Position numbers and translations under genes: made by a program | The notes under the pieces: generated by a model | The model's input: the letters and a program-made list of their open reading frames with translations, nothing else | Told to the model about the DNA's origin: nothing | Databases searched by the model: none | Virus record (IMG/VR): IMGVR_UViG_3300027710_000011 | Span: 186,001-250,000 of that record | Direction: 5' to 3' (one strand) | Length of the DNA: 64,000 nt | Shown: positions 1 through 9,610 of the stretch, one piece after another | Layout: each line of letters begins with the position of its first letter | How positions within the stretch are numbered: position 1 is the stretch's first letter

Positions 1-383
1 AAGCCGAAATACGGATGATTGCTGTGGAAATCCACGAGCGAAATGCAGCCGATCTCTTTGGTATGCGCATTTTCGTAGATAACGAGTGTTTCCGGGTTAT
101 GGCTAATACCGGAATCAAGCGTTTGACGATAACGAGGGATGATGCGGATGATGTCTGCATCGACCGGCATGGTTTTCGAGAAGGTGTACTTACCGTACTC
201 CTGCTCCATGCCGCTTTGAATGCTCTTCTCGGTTGAGCCACTGATCACCAGAGCTTGGCTGATGTGGCTGGAGAACATTTGCTTTCGCGACGCACTGTTG
301 TAAATGTCGAAGCTTGTCAACCCGAGGACGGTTGTGAGCTTTTGCGAGAGCTGGTTGGGTTTTCGGATATGCGGGTTTGTCAT
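1..383 (-). CDS. Non-virion RNA polymerase beta-like subunit (phiKZ gp71-73 type), 5' part, runs off window
   Basis: Not in the ORF track (no stop). Manual translation from ATG 383 gives MTNPHIRKPNQ...FDIYNSASRKQMFSSHISQALVISG...GMEQEYGKYTF, matching the beta conserved segment. AAGAGG SD upstream; position next to gp70 fits. Confidence 0.85.
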   Translation of the reverse strand, partial: MTNPHIRKPNQLSQKLTTVLGLTSFDIYNSASRKQMFSSHISQALVISGSTEKSIQSGMEQEYGKYTFSKTMPVDADIIRIIPRYRQTLDSGISHNPETLVIYENAHTKEIGCISLVDFHSNHPYFG

Positions 384-458
384 CAATTGTCCTCTTTTTT
401 GATGTACTACACGGGCTATTTGTCTTGCAAGGTCTTTTGTATGATTGTCACACCCTTA

Positions 459-475
459 GTGATATGTGACTGAAA
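459..475 (-). promoter_or_regulatory. Putative early (virion RNAP) promoter TTTCAGTCACATATCAC
   Basis: One of 5 copies of a 17-bp motif, 76 nt upstream of the gp71-like start; resembles phiKZ early TTTaA...TATTAC. Confidence 0.7.
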
Positions 476-502
476 CAACTTAGAACTTAGCGAGGTTTCT
501 CA

Positions 503-847
503 ATGGCAGCAATAGACGGACTCATGGTGTCGGATGGTGCCGACATCTATTACACCCAAGCTTTCCATAACGTGTTGGAAGACCACATGACTTATTTACG
601 TGGTTTGAAGTCAACAACTAGACAAGAGGTTGACCCTATCGACGTTGTTCGTTACCAAGCCGATTTGTTTGGCTTGCTAGGGAAGTTTGGGATTAAGCCC
701 GAGCTTCACTGGACTGTGATGCGTATGTCCAACATTGTGTCACCTGCCAAGGTTCCTGAAGATTTGTCTCACATCCTGGTTCCGGATGAGATGGAGATTA
801 ACCGACTGAAACAAACAGTCGTGACGACCTCTAAAATCCAAAAGTAA
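503..847 (+). CDS. Conserved jumbo-phage hypothetical protein, possibly virion/baseplate
   Basis: 114-aa ORF with GAGG SD, followed by a terminator. Confidence 0.7.
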   Translation: MAAIDGLMVSDGADIYYTQAFHNVLEDHMTYLRGLKSTTRQEVDPIDVVRYQADLFGLLGKFGIKPELHWTVMRMSNIVSPAKVPEDLSHILVPDEMEINRLKQTVVTTSKIQK

Positions 848-856
848 AAGCAAGAC

Positions 857-888
857 TAAAAGGGGTCCCGTGAAGGACCCCTTTTATG
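857..888. terminator. Bidirectional intrinsic terminator
   Basis: TAAAAGGGGTCC-cgtgaa-GGACCCCTTTTATG between convergent genes. Confidence 0.85.
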
Positions 889-895
889 ACGTCAC

Positions 896-2323
896 TTAGA
901 TGCCGGCAAAGCCGCCACCGTTGTTGCCGTTGTTCCCATAGCCGTTGCTATAACCAGGACCGCCGGAACGACCCCAGATCGGAACATGCGGAGGACGTTG
1001 TTGCGGCTGCAATTGCTGACCAGCGAAGGGATGAGCGCCGTAGCCGTAACCCATCTGCTGAACCGGTTCAACGTAGTTCGGCAAGAACTTGTTCAGGCTT
1101 TGCCCAATAACGCCAGGCGTCGCACCGACACGAGCCATACCTGCGTTTTGCTGGATGGGCTGTTGCACGGTCAACGGTGCGTTGTGAACCACATTAGCCG
1201 GCATCCCATAAGCAGGACGCTGAACAACGGGTTGCGGACGCGCTGGAGCTGTAGGACGTGGGCCAAAGATCGTGTCGTTGCTGCGATCTTCAGCAACAGC
1301 CGGAGCTTCGACTTGCTTGACAGTTGCGGGAGCTTGGCTTGTTGACAAGGTATTCTCGCCATCCCAAGGCGCTTGGTTCAGCGCTGGTTTGACGATACTG
1401 CCAGGAACTTCGATCTTCGGCCGATCCGAACCAGGCAGCTTGCCTTCATTGCCGGGCTGAGCTGGGACCAGGTTGATCTTCGCTTGAATCGCAGACAGGT
1501 TCTCGAAGGTGCTGACCCAATCCATCGGGTATTGCATGGAATCACGATCAGGGATCACCGTCTCGCCGAACAGCTCGGTCATTTCGTTCACCAAACCACC
1601 CAGCGAACGAGTAGCTTGCATCACGGCATCCAACGTTGGAGCAACTGTGGAGTCGCTGCCGCGGTTGTAATGACCAGCAATGGCGATGTTCGGCACCATG
1701 TACTCGACCAACTTGATCAAGCATTCACGATGCGCCTTCTTCACGCGGACGCCGTAGATCATGTTGGGCTGACCAGTTGCTGGACGCTTCAACAGCTCTT
1801 CGTAGAACGGGAATGACACAACGGCCAAGCGCTGCACAGTGCGTCCACCAATCTCGCCGCCGCGTTTGATGAAGAAACGCATGAAGCATTTCCCATCTTG
1901 GCTGACCGACATTGCTTCCAGGATTTTCGAGTAGGCTTCGACGATGTCTTCGTCGATATCCTTCAGGTTATCCATGAACAACGTTTGGTCAGGCGTCAGA
2001 TTGACGTGTTGAGCTGGCGAAGTTGCGAGCGTCAACAAGCACAACGTGATGTAGCTGAACGAGATGTTCAGGCGAGCGTTGATCATTTCACGCGTACGTG
2101 TCATGATGTCCGTCTCACCACGGATCAGGCTTTCGTGAAGCGGATGGAACACCACTCGATTGCCCAGATTGGGTTGGGCCAGCTGATTGCGAACCGGGAG
2201 AACCAAGCGCTTGCCGCTGAGCAAGACGGGTTCGTTTTGGTCCACCATCGAGATAAAGCCTTCGTCATCTGCAACCATGCCGGCATTGGCCAAGATGACT
2301 TTATAGATATCATTCAGTTCCAA
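896..2323 (-). CDS. phiKZ gp70-like core nucleus-block protein with Q/P/G/N/Y-rich C-tail
   Basis: 475 aa; lies between the gp69-like and gp71-like genes; low-complexity C-terminus. Confidence 0.75.
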   Translation of the reverse strand: MELNDIYKVILANAGMVADDEGFISMVDQNEPVLLSGKRLVLPVRNQLAQPNLGNRVVFHPLHESLIRGETDIMTRTREMINARLNISFSYITLCLLTLATSPAQHVNLTPDQTLFMDNLKDIDEDIVEAYSKILEAMSVSQDGKCFMRFFIKRGGEIGGRTVQRLAVVSFPFYEELLKRPATGQPNMIYGVRVKKAHRECLIKLVEYMVPNIAIAGHYNRGSDSTVAPTLDAVMQATRSLGGLVNEMTELFGETVIPDRDSMQYPMDWVSTFENLSAIQAKINLVPAQPGNEGKLPGSDRPKIEVPGSIVKPALNQAPWDGENTLSTSQAPATVKQVEAPAVAEDRSNDTIFGPRPTAPARPQPVVQRPAYGMPANVVHNAPLTVQQPIQQNAGMARVGATPGVIGQSLNKFLPNYVEPVQQMGYGYGAHPFAGQQLQPQQRPPHVPIWGRSGGPGYSNGYGNNGNNGGGFAGI

Positions 2324-2338
2324 TTTGGTTTCCTTTTT

Positions 2339-3811
2339 CTAGATATTACCAAAGCCGCCAGTGGCCAGCTCATCAATGTTGACGGACTTGACTTGCACCA
2401 GCGATTCCATCAGGTTGCTGAAGTCGCAAGCAACTTCTTGGATGTGATCGTTGTACGCAGTCAGCACTGGGGCGCTCAAAGCGTCAGCAAACGTAGGTGC
2501 AGAGAACGAAACCTGCGGACCTGTGTCCAGCTGAATAGTGATCTGCGAGAACTCCGTCAACGCGATGTTGGCGAAGACGTCGTAACCAATGCCGTTGCGC
2601 ATTGAGATGTCGTCCAGCAGTTCCTGCTGGATACGATGCTCAAGCAGCGACAAGCTTTGTGGCGACAAGACCATTTCGTTCACCAACGGTGTGGCGTACG
2701 GGATCTGGATGAACGCCCGGCCCGAATAGTTCGTAGCCTGAACGATCATGTGGCGCAGGCCGAACTCAACCATCAGCGCGGGGAGGCTGTTGGACAAGAT
2801 CGTTGCAGCCACTGTTTCCATGTCCGAACCACCCCAGCCATTGAAGTTGAATGCGTCCACAGATGCATCCAAGCCATTGGCCATCTTGACCACCGGAGCC
2901 GATGTCAGCACGAAGCAACGCTCGTCGAGCGTCCTGTCGATATTCATCAGATCTTGGTAGGTGAAGAAGTTCGACACACTGGTGTTGTTCATGCCGCTAA
3001 TCGTACGGATGAACTCGTCGCTGTTGATGCCCTTCGTACCGGACAACATGCCGTAGGTATCAGACATGATCTGGGACGGCTGTTCACTCTGGGTCTTGGC
3101 GGCAGCCATCGCGTAGCTGCCGATCATTTTGCCAGTGTAGTTGGACGACAGCGAGTTCTCGCGATACGAGAGCTTGGGCACACTCGAATTGCTTGACCGC
3201 AGGTCAACCAAGTCGGAGGTCATCATTGGCTGCGTCTGAATCGCACCGATGACGTCTTGGGGACGCATGGAGAGATTCTTGTATGGGTTGGTACCCATAA
3301 CCGACGCTGGACCGGAGTAGTTATTGTTCGCCAAGATGTGGTACGAATCCACAATCGTGGGAACACTGTTCCAGCCGTGACCGTTGTTGATGCGCGTATC
3401 ACGCAAGGTCGTGATCGAGTTGATGAAGAACTGCATCCGTGGATCGAAGTTCCCACCGTGCGACTGATCCGTGTAGCTGGTGTAGCCCTGGATCACTTCA
3501 CGCGTTTGACCGCCGAGGTAGTTGTGCACGATCACTTCCATCGTGTAGTAATAACGCTCGGTGTTCCAGTCGTTGGGAATCAAGATCTGTGACTCAGGCG
3601 CTGCTGACGGCCGCATGAATTCACCGGAGATACCGGCGAACAATTGCGGAGACGCCTTTGCGCCGGTATGACCCACTTGGTCAAAACGCTCTTGAAATTG
3701 GCTGATGACTTGGCCTTGTCCGTTGGTCGTGAACGGACGACGATACTGATCGCCGTAAGTTCCGGAACGTGCCATTGTCAGGGAAACAATTTCGATCCTT
3801 TTATTTGTCAT
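2339..3811 (-). CDS. picA: Phage-nucleus protein import factor PicA/Imp1 (phiKZ gp69-like)
   Basis: 490 aa, directly downstream of gp68 in the conserved Chimalliviridae block; size and position match. Confidence 0.7.
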   Translation of the reverse strand: MTNKRIEIVSLTMARSGTYGDQYRRPFTTNGQGQVISQFQERFDQVGHTGAKASPQLFAGISGEFMRPSAAPESQILIPNDWNTERYYYTMEVIVHNYLGGQTREVIQGYTSYTDQSHGGNFDPRMQFFINSITTLRDTRINNGHGWNSVPTIVDSYHILANNNYSGPASVMGTNPYKNLSMRPQDVIGAIQTQPMMTSDLVDLRSSNSSVPKLSYRENSLSSNYTGKMIGSYAMAAAKTQSEQPSQIMSDTYGMLSGTKGINSDEFIRTISGMNNTSVSNFFTYQDLMNIDRTLDERCFVLTSAPVVKMANGLDASVDAFNFNGWGGSDMETVAATILSNSLPALMVEFGLRHMIVQATNYSGRAFIQIPYATPLVNEMVLSPQSLSLLEHRIQQELLDDISMRNGIGYDVFANIALTEFSQITIQLDTGPQVSFSAPTFADALSAPVLTAYNDHIQEVACDFSNLMESLVQVKSVNIDELATGGFGNI

Positions 3812-3847
3812 TTTTTGCGTACTCCTAGGAGCTGGTTGTCGCGATCG

Positions 3848-5527
3848 TTAAATCAAGGCCCAGTTGGTTTCTGGGGGCGTGAGGACTGGCTGATTCAACA
3901 GCACAGGTGCGTAATGCTCTGGTATCTTAGGCAAAGGTTCAATGGAATCAATGCCAATCAACAACAAAGCTAAGCGAGTGCGGATGTCAGTTGGAATCTT
4001 CATCACTTTGTTACGAGGACTCCAGCCGGCTTTGCTGACCCAATGTTCAGGTAGCGTGATACGCCACTGATACTTACCCAAATCTTCGGTAAGCCTGTCG
4101 ATTACGACAATGACTGGGTTCAGACTTTTTGCAGTCTTAGCGCGAGAGCTCGTGCGTTTGTTGAACACGAAGCGCTTTTGCAGCTCGACGAGCTGTTCTT
4201 TCTCGATTGCATCTTTACGGTCAGCAATCATGCCAATATTGTCATCGATGGTGTCGATTGCAATACCGCCGACCAATGCGGCCAAGTGAAAGTGATTATT
4301 TTCCCACAAGTAAGCTTGAGAGAACGCAATCATTTTCAACAGGTCTGTTTTCTGCAGGCTAGGGATTGAACGCACCGGAACAAAGTGCTTCATTACCCAA
4401 CCAGCAATTGTGACTTGTTCACGAGTCAAACGAACGGCGCTCAGTTCCTGAACACTTTGATAAGACTCTGCGACAAGGCGTTGGAAATCGGGATTACTGC
4501 TCAGACGACGAACCAGTGATCTCTCACCAATTGGTTCGGTGCCCAATGCACGATCCATTTGGATTTCCAGGTAAGCACTGATGGTTTCAATGTTACCGAT
4601 TGACGTTGGTTGCTTGATCTTGAAGCCTTCAAGCTTCGAGAGGTTGCTGTCACCATCGCCGGCGTAGGAGCCTGAGTTCTTAGGACTCACGTTACCTACG
4701 TTGGTTTCGATACCGCGCAACTTCTGCAGAATGAAGTTGTACAGATATGCAGGCAGCGTGGTGATCTGGTTTGTTGTTGCAGGAGATTGGTTAATTCCCC
4801 GTACATCGCCGCAGCACAAACGAGTCACTACGGTTACGCTCAACACCCAGTTCGGAATGTCTTCTGACGAAATGCCCAGAAGAATGGCCGCATCATTGTG
4901 CCGATCTTTGGGGATCGTGTGGCGGATGAAGACCATCAAGCGATCCATTGCCTTGCACCGCGCCACATCGGACATAGCGAGCAATTGATAAGCCTGATAT
5001 TCCTTGAAGATGTTTCCAGCTTCACGACGGGTGTCGGTAGTGAACTGACGCCAGATGGGGAACATGGCACGCAAGGAGATGGACAGAGCCACCAACCAGC
5101 GATAATCCTCATCCAGATAAGTACGCTCCAACGTACCAGCCATTGTGCCGTTGGTATCGAAAGCACGATGAATGCTTGCGGGTACAACGATGTTGGCTCG
5201 AGACCATGCCCACATGAAAACATCTTCCTGAGGATGGTACTCCATCAGGTCGGCGATCAGTGGACGAAGGCGCGCAATACGGACGCTGATATCCCAAACG
5301 TTCTGGAACACAGCGTAGATCTTGTCGTAGATTGCAAAGATCTCGTCTTGCGTTTGCGGTTGGCACTGCGCCCAGTAGCCATTGATCTGCTCGAAGATGT
5401 CGAATTGGAAGTCCAAATCCTTAGAAGGAATGTTCCAACGCAGCTCGACACCTTTGTGCAGAATGACCAGTGCGGGCTCGGTCTTATTAAGACCACTGGC
5501 GTCCTGGGACAAAATGCGAATTTCCAT
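3848..5527 (-). CDS. Non-virion RNAP fifth (promoter-specificity) subunit, phiKZ gp68-like
   Basis: 559 aa; synteny gp67-gp68-gp69. Confidence 0.7.
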   Translation of the reverse strand: MEIRILSQDASGLNKTEPALVILHKGVELRWNIPSKDLDFQFDIFEQINGYWAQCQPQTQDEIFAIYDKIYAVFQNVWDISVRIARLRPLIADLMEYHPQEDVFMWAWSRANIVVPASIHRAFDTNGTMAGTLERTYLDEDYRWLVALSISLRAMFPIWRQFTTDTRREAGNIFKEYQAYQLLAMSDVARCKAMDRLMVFIRHTIPKDRHNDAAILLGISSEDIPNWVLSVTVVTRLCCGDVRGINQSPATTNQITTLPAYLYNFILQKLRGIETNVGNVSPKNSGSYAGDGDSNLSKLEGFKIKQPTSIGNIETISAYLEIQMDRALGTEPIGERSLVRRLSSNPDFQRLVAESYQSVQELSAVRLTREQVTIAGWVMKHFVPVRSIPSLQKTDLLKMIAFSQAYLWENNHFHLAALVGGIAIDTIDDNIGMIADRKDAIEKEQLVELQKRFVFNKRTSSRAKTAKSLNPVIVVIDRLTEDLGKYQWRITLPEHWVSKAGWSPRNKVMKIPTDIRTRLALLLIGIDSIEPLPKIPEHYAPVLLNQPVLTPPETNWALI

Positions 5528-5616
5528 GTAATGCTTATCCTTTTTTACACGTTCGCTAAGTCAAAGGTCGAATTACCTTTGATCAGAATTTGCGGATTGC
5601 ACTAATCCACAAGTAC

Positions 5617-5633
5617 GTGATATGTAACTGAAA
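5617..5633 (-). promoter_or_regulatory. Putative early promoter TTTCAGTTACATATCAC
   Basis: Motif copy 90 nt upstream of gp68, just downstream of the chmC terminator. Confidence 0.7.
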
Positions 5634-5716
5634 CAAGTTAGCTTTCAGTTGACTCACAGTACAGAAGATAACATTTATATGTTTTTTATTACCTATATAT
5701 GGTAAAAAATTAACAT

Positions 5717-5752
5717 CATAAAAGCCACCGGGGAGTACCCGGTGGCTTTATT
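5717..5752 (-). terminator. Terminator of chmC
   Basis: CATAAAAGCCACCGGG-gagta-CCCGGTGGCTTTATT. Confidence 0.85.
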
Positions 5753-5780
5753 AAGTAACGTTTAAGTTACCAGGACTTGC

Positions 5781-6497
5781 TTACCAGCTTTCGATATCGT
5801 CCATCGAATCTTCGACAGCAGGCTTGCCACCGCCACCATTGCCGCCACGGTTACCACCGTAGCTGTTGCCACCACCGCCTTGACCGCCGCGGTTACCGCC
5901 ACCGAAGCCACCGCCGCCGGCAGGCTTCTGCTCGGGTTCGACGTACTCAACCACGGCCAAGTGAGCCATGATCTTTTCCATCAGGTTGACCCAGCCCAGA
6001 GCAACGCGCTGCGAACCTTCGCCCTTGGACAGAGGAGTACCGTCGGACTTGATGAAGTTGTGGTACTCGTTCTCGCCGAACTGGAACTTGATCACCGGAC
6101 GACGTGGGGCGCTGATCGAGATGTAGACCACACCTTCTGCGTCCTTGCTGACGATCGTGCTCGAAACGATCGAGGGCTTTTCGGAACGCTGGCCGCCGCC
6201 CCAGGTGAAGTTCTTGTTGTCGATCTTCTCGCGGTACTCGCCAGGAGCATTGGCCGCCGTAGTGATCAGTTGTAGCAGAGAGAAGAAGGTCAACATATCC
6301 ATGTTGGCCGTGATCTTGCCGTAGTCGACGGTGTCCTCGGGATCATTGGTGTACACCACCATGCGAGGATTGTTCTTCACCAATTGCATGGCCAGCGAAG
6401 CCATCTTGCCCTTGGAGTTGGGGGAGTACAGCTTGAGCTTGGAGTTGTCCAGTGCGTTCTTTTGACGAGGAGGTGCGCGAAACTTATTGTCAGACAT
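5781..6497 (-). CDS. chmC: Nucleus-associated RNA-binding protein ChmC (phiKZ gp67-like)
   Basis: 238 aa between gp66 and gp68; Gly/RGG-rich disordered tail ending acidic (DDIESW); strong C/G-ending codon bias. Confidence 0.7.
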   Translation of the reverse strand: MSDNKFRAPPRQKNALDNSKLKLYSPNSKGKMASLAMQLVKNNPRMVVYTNDPEDTVDYGKITANMDMLTFFSLLQLITTAANAPGEYREKIDNKNFTWGGGQRSEKPSIVSSTIVSKDAEGVVYISISAPRRPVIKFQFGENEYHNFIKSDGTPLSKGEGSQRVALGWVNLMEKIMAHLAVVEYVEPEQKPAGGGGFGGGNRGGQGGGGNSYGGNRGGNGGGGKPAVEDSMDDIESW

Positions 6498-6500
6498 GAT

Positions 6501-7229
6501 TTATTCCTGTTGATCGGGTAAACGATACCAGTCTTTAAACTTCTCGCTTTTGCTTTCGAAGCGACTGTTAATCGTTGAATGAGGTATGCCTAAAGTTCTA
6601 GCCGCTTCTTTAAATCCAGGGTACTGGAGGCCGGCGCAAACTACAGGTTTTTGTTGAAGTTTTCCATTAGCAATCACTTTTTGATGATGTTCCTCTGAAA
6701 GAGGTTTACCTTTAAAATGATTACTAATTTGCTGCTTTTGCTTTTCTGAGATTACTCTCCCAGTAAACGCAGCGCTTAACTTCGCCTTATGTTCTTCAGA
6801 TAAAGTTCTTCCAGCATTTCTGCCTTTAGACGCTTCCTTCATCTTTAAGATAGTCTCAGGTGAACACTTTCGTCCAGTTCCTGCGAGACTAACTTTTAGA
6901 CGTGTTTCTGGACCAAATGTCATTCCTAACGTTGGTGCAGAAGTATCTTTAGAAACATTATACAAGGTACCTTCTGGAAACAATTCGTTTAAGACTACTT
7001 GTTCAACTTCTAATGGATTCACATCAGGAAGTGTGGGTATTCTTAAACAAACCAGCTCGTTACCTCTTTGATGAGCGCGCTGGAGTCCCCAGTTGTGATG
7101 GTCATTTCTTTTCAACATACGTTGATGATCGTAGGTCCGACGATCCAAGTCGTTACTACTTCCAACGTACGCCATTTGCTCAGTCAGATCTGCAATTACG
7201 TACAGACCTGGTACTTTTGGCCTTGCCAC
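6501..7229 (-). mobile_element. Free-standing GIY-YIG homing endonuclease with NUMOD3-type repeats and C-terminal HTH
   Basis: GLYVI...YVGSS..L.RR..DH motif with later E and YN; repeated SPETILKM/SEEHKAKLS/SEKQKQQIS units; KEAARTLGI HTH; visibly AT-richer than chmC; GTG start. Confidence 0.9.
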
Positions 7230-7276
7230 TGTTTCGCCTTGGCGCGTGGGGGAGGACGGAATTTGTTATCAGACAT
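7196..7276 (-). pseudogene. Orphaned original 5' end of chmC (26-codon mini-ORF MSDNKFRPPPRAK...)
   Basis: Own SD (AGAGG); the first 13 codons match ChmC MSDNKFRAPPRQK at 11 of 13 residues; overlaps the endonuclease GTG out of frame. Confidence 0.8.
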
Positions 7277-7407
7277 GCTGACCTCTAAAGAGAATAGCGT
7301 TCATCTGCCCAACTGTTAGGGCGCTATGACGCGGTTGAAAACTAGATCCTTTTTGTGGTGGGTTATTACCACAAAGGATCGCCTGGATCTGTAAATTCTG
7401 GCTTGCG

Positions 7408-8238
7408 TCAGAGTTCACGGAGAATGTCTCGCAGATAAGGATCCACGATTTGGCCAAAACCATAACGAACTTTCTCGTTCTGTGTGACTTGACTCCAGTT
7501 GTATTTGGCAGCCAAGTCTAGAACCTGTCGCCTAGCTTTTATTGGCCAAGGACGGAAGTGTTCGTTGTCACCAAAGATCTGAAGCATGTCTTCTCGAAAA
7601 GGGATGCTCGAGAGTTCTTTGCCATTCAGATACTTGGTATACCACATGAACTTATTCTTGATGGTACCCGTGTGGGATTCCAGAAGATGTAAGTTCGAAA
7701 ATCCCTTAGCTAAGAGGTCGTACGCAAAGTGCGTCAACATCAAAGCCTTACGTGCTTCCACGTCTAGGATTTTCAATGTGTAGCGTTTAACCGTGTTTGG
7801 ATGTGCGCGGATATAAGCTGATAGTGTTTCAACCATCATTGCCGTATACGCCAGCTGATTCGCTGTTATGTCACCACGGAGTATCGCATGCTTGTATTTT
7901 TGACCCATTCCAGCGTAATCACTCACGTAGAGAACTACATCCGTTCGGGATGCAGTCTCTACGGAGATTACGTGTTTCAGTTGATCGATTTCACTTGTGA
8001 AAGCATCGATGAAATCCTGGACACTCGCATTCTGCAACTGCTCCTTATCAACAGAGTAGTACAGATTGCGAAAAATCGTCTTCAAGTTGACCCAGATCAC
8101 AGCGTAACCTGGTAACAACTTCTTCGTCTGGTCTGGTTTGTCAGGATGAATACCCATCGCACCTTCAATTGCCAGGGACGTAGCAATTGAGATTGGGTAT
8201 TGTCCTAACACACGATCTGAAAGAACACTGGTCTTCAT
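7408..8238 (-). CDS. phiKZ gp66-like conserved protein
   Basis: 276 aa, between the SbcD-like gene and chmC in the core block. Confidence 0.7.
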   Translation of the reverse strand: MKTSVLSDRVLGQYPISIATSLAIEGAMGIHPDKPDQTKKLLPGYAVIWVNLKTIFRNLYYSVDKEQLQNASVQDFIDAFTSEIDQLKHVISVETASRTDVVLYVSDYAGMGQKYKHAILRGDITANQLAYTAMMVETLSAYIRAHPNTVKRYTLKILDVEARKALMLTHFAYDLLAKGFSNLHLLESHTGTIKNKFMWYTKYLNGKELSSIPFREDMLQIFGDNEHFRPWPIKARRQVLDLAAKYNWSQVTQNEKVRYGFGQIVDPYLRDILREL

Positions 8239-8245
8239 GAATGAA

Positions 8246-9367
8246 TTACCTCAGTTCCGTAACCGTACGTTCGACCATTTCAAGAATCTCTAAAGAGACT
8301 CCTCTTTGTCTAACGCGATCAGTTACCAGCTTCACAATGTTATCCGGTGTGATCGTGATGGGAATGAAATCAAGCTGACTGAGTTCGTTATCTTCGATCT
8401 CAGCAGTATCTTCTTTTAACTCCCTCTTGATCTTAGACCACGTATAAAGAGGCCAGCGAAGCGCCAATTCATGCATGTTCTCCAGCAACGGATTACCTTC
8501 CAAGCAAGAAACCCGTACGAAAGAATCGACAGGTAAGTCCTTAATCTTGGTTTGAATCTCATCCAAGGTTTCATCCAGATCCATACCAACACATTCAATC
8601 GTGATGAATTTACGAGCATCTTTGTTCTCAACAAACAAAGCTTCGTAGTCGCCATCAGGATGAACGGTTGCACGAATATGGCCTTTTGCATGCTCCTCGC
8701 CATGAGAGAGTCTATCAAAAGAGCCTTGGGCGTAAATTCGGTCTAGTACTGAATGGATGTGCACGTGACCAATAAAGATCAAGTACTTAACGATTTTCAA
8801 GTAACCTTCAGAGCTATGCTTTGGGGCTTTAACTACTGGAGGAAGTTGATATTCGAACTGTCCGTGCATGAATGCGAAGTCGACCTTATCGATCCCTTTT
8901 GCCTTCATCAGTTCTAGAACCTGGGCATACGTGTCGTCTGGGTTGGGCTCCCATTCGTCAGGTACATACAAAATATTGATGTCAAAATCCGGTTCGTAAA
9001 CAATCGAAAGTTTGTCCACGTACTGAAGATCACATCCGATCTTTGCACCGTCATTCAATGTGGTGAAACAGGCGGACTGTTTCCAATCATGACTGCGTGT
9101 TCCTTCGAGGACACGCAGCTTTATGTCGTGCTTTTTGCACAACCACAAAAGATCCATGATCCACATGTCGATTGGCATGCAGTCATCATCAGCTCTATTT
9201 AGAAGGCCGTCAAATACGTCGCCCACTAGAAAGATGAAATCCAAAGAAGCTGTCTCGGCATTATCCGGTAACGCTTTCCTCAGATTACTGATGATGAACT
9301 CAGTGTTGTTTCTATCGTGCCCTAAATGAATGTCACTTAGGGATGCGAATTTGATGCTCTTTTTCAA
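8246..9367 (-). CDS. sbcD: SbcD/Mre11-like metallophosphoesterase nuclease (gp65-like)
   Basis: SDIHLGH, GDVFD, GTRSHD, HG and GHVH metallophosphoesterase motifs. Confidence 0.9.
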   Translation of the reverse strand: MKKSIKFASLSDIHLGHDRNNTEFIISNLRKALPDNAETASLDFIFLVGDVFDGLLNRADDDCMPIDMWIMDLLWLCKKHDIKLRVLEGTRSHDWKQSACFTTLNDGAKIGCDLQYVDKLSIVYEPDFDINILYVPDEWEPNPDDTYAQVLELMKAKGIDKVDFAFMHGQFEYQLPPVVKAPKHSSEGYLKIVKYLIFIGHVHIHSVLDRIYAQGSFDRLSHGEEHAKGHIRATVHPDGDYEALFVENKDARKFITIECVGMDLDETLDEIQTKIKDLPVDSFVRVSCLEGNPLLENMHELALRWPLYTWSKIKRELKEDTAEIEDNELSQLDFIPITITPDNIVKLVTDRVRQRGVSLEILEMVERTVTELR

Positions 9368-9597
9368 CGGGCGATAACCTCTTTGAGCACTACCGTTGGT
9401 TTGTACATCTGCAACGCGTCCGAACGCATGGAAGGTTTATCAAACCCCAGGTTCTTTTCGGATCGAACCATTTCTGGATCTTCCAAGACAACGTTCAGAC
9501 CAAGAGTCTTCGTCAAGAGTTCTTCGATTTCAATCAGCAAGGCCGTCTTGCCGCAGCCGATCGATCCGCTAACAGTAATTGTAATCTCAGAACCCAT
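9364..9597 (-). CDS. Small hypothetical protein with P-loop-like GSIGCGKT
   Basis: Probable start 9597 (AAGGAG SD); stop overlaps the sbcD start. Confidence 0.7.
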   Translation of the reverse strand: MGSEITITVSGSIGCGKTALLIEIEELLTKTLGLNVVLEDPEMVRSEKNLGFDKPSMRSDALQMYKPTVVLKEVIAR

Positions 9598-9610
9598 GCT
9601 TAACTCCTTT

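Noticed and set aside
15-473. Two short plus-strand ORFs
   Set aside because: The real gene is the minus-strand gp71-like subunit running off the window.
5820-5925. GGC/GGT-rich DNA repeat
   Set aside because: Simply encodes the Gly-rich ChmC tail; not a mobile or CRISPR repeat.
6459-7240. Group I intron explanation for the endonuclease in chmC
   Set aside because: The endonuclease ORF fills nearly all of the insert, leaving no room for a catalytic core; there is no U-ending 5' exon; and the downstream gene has its own SD and ATG.
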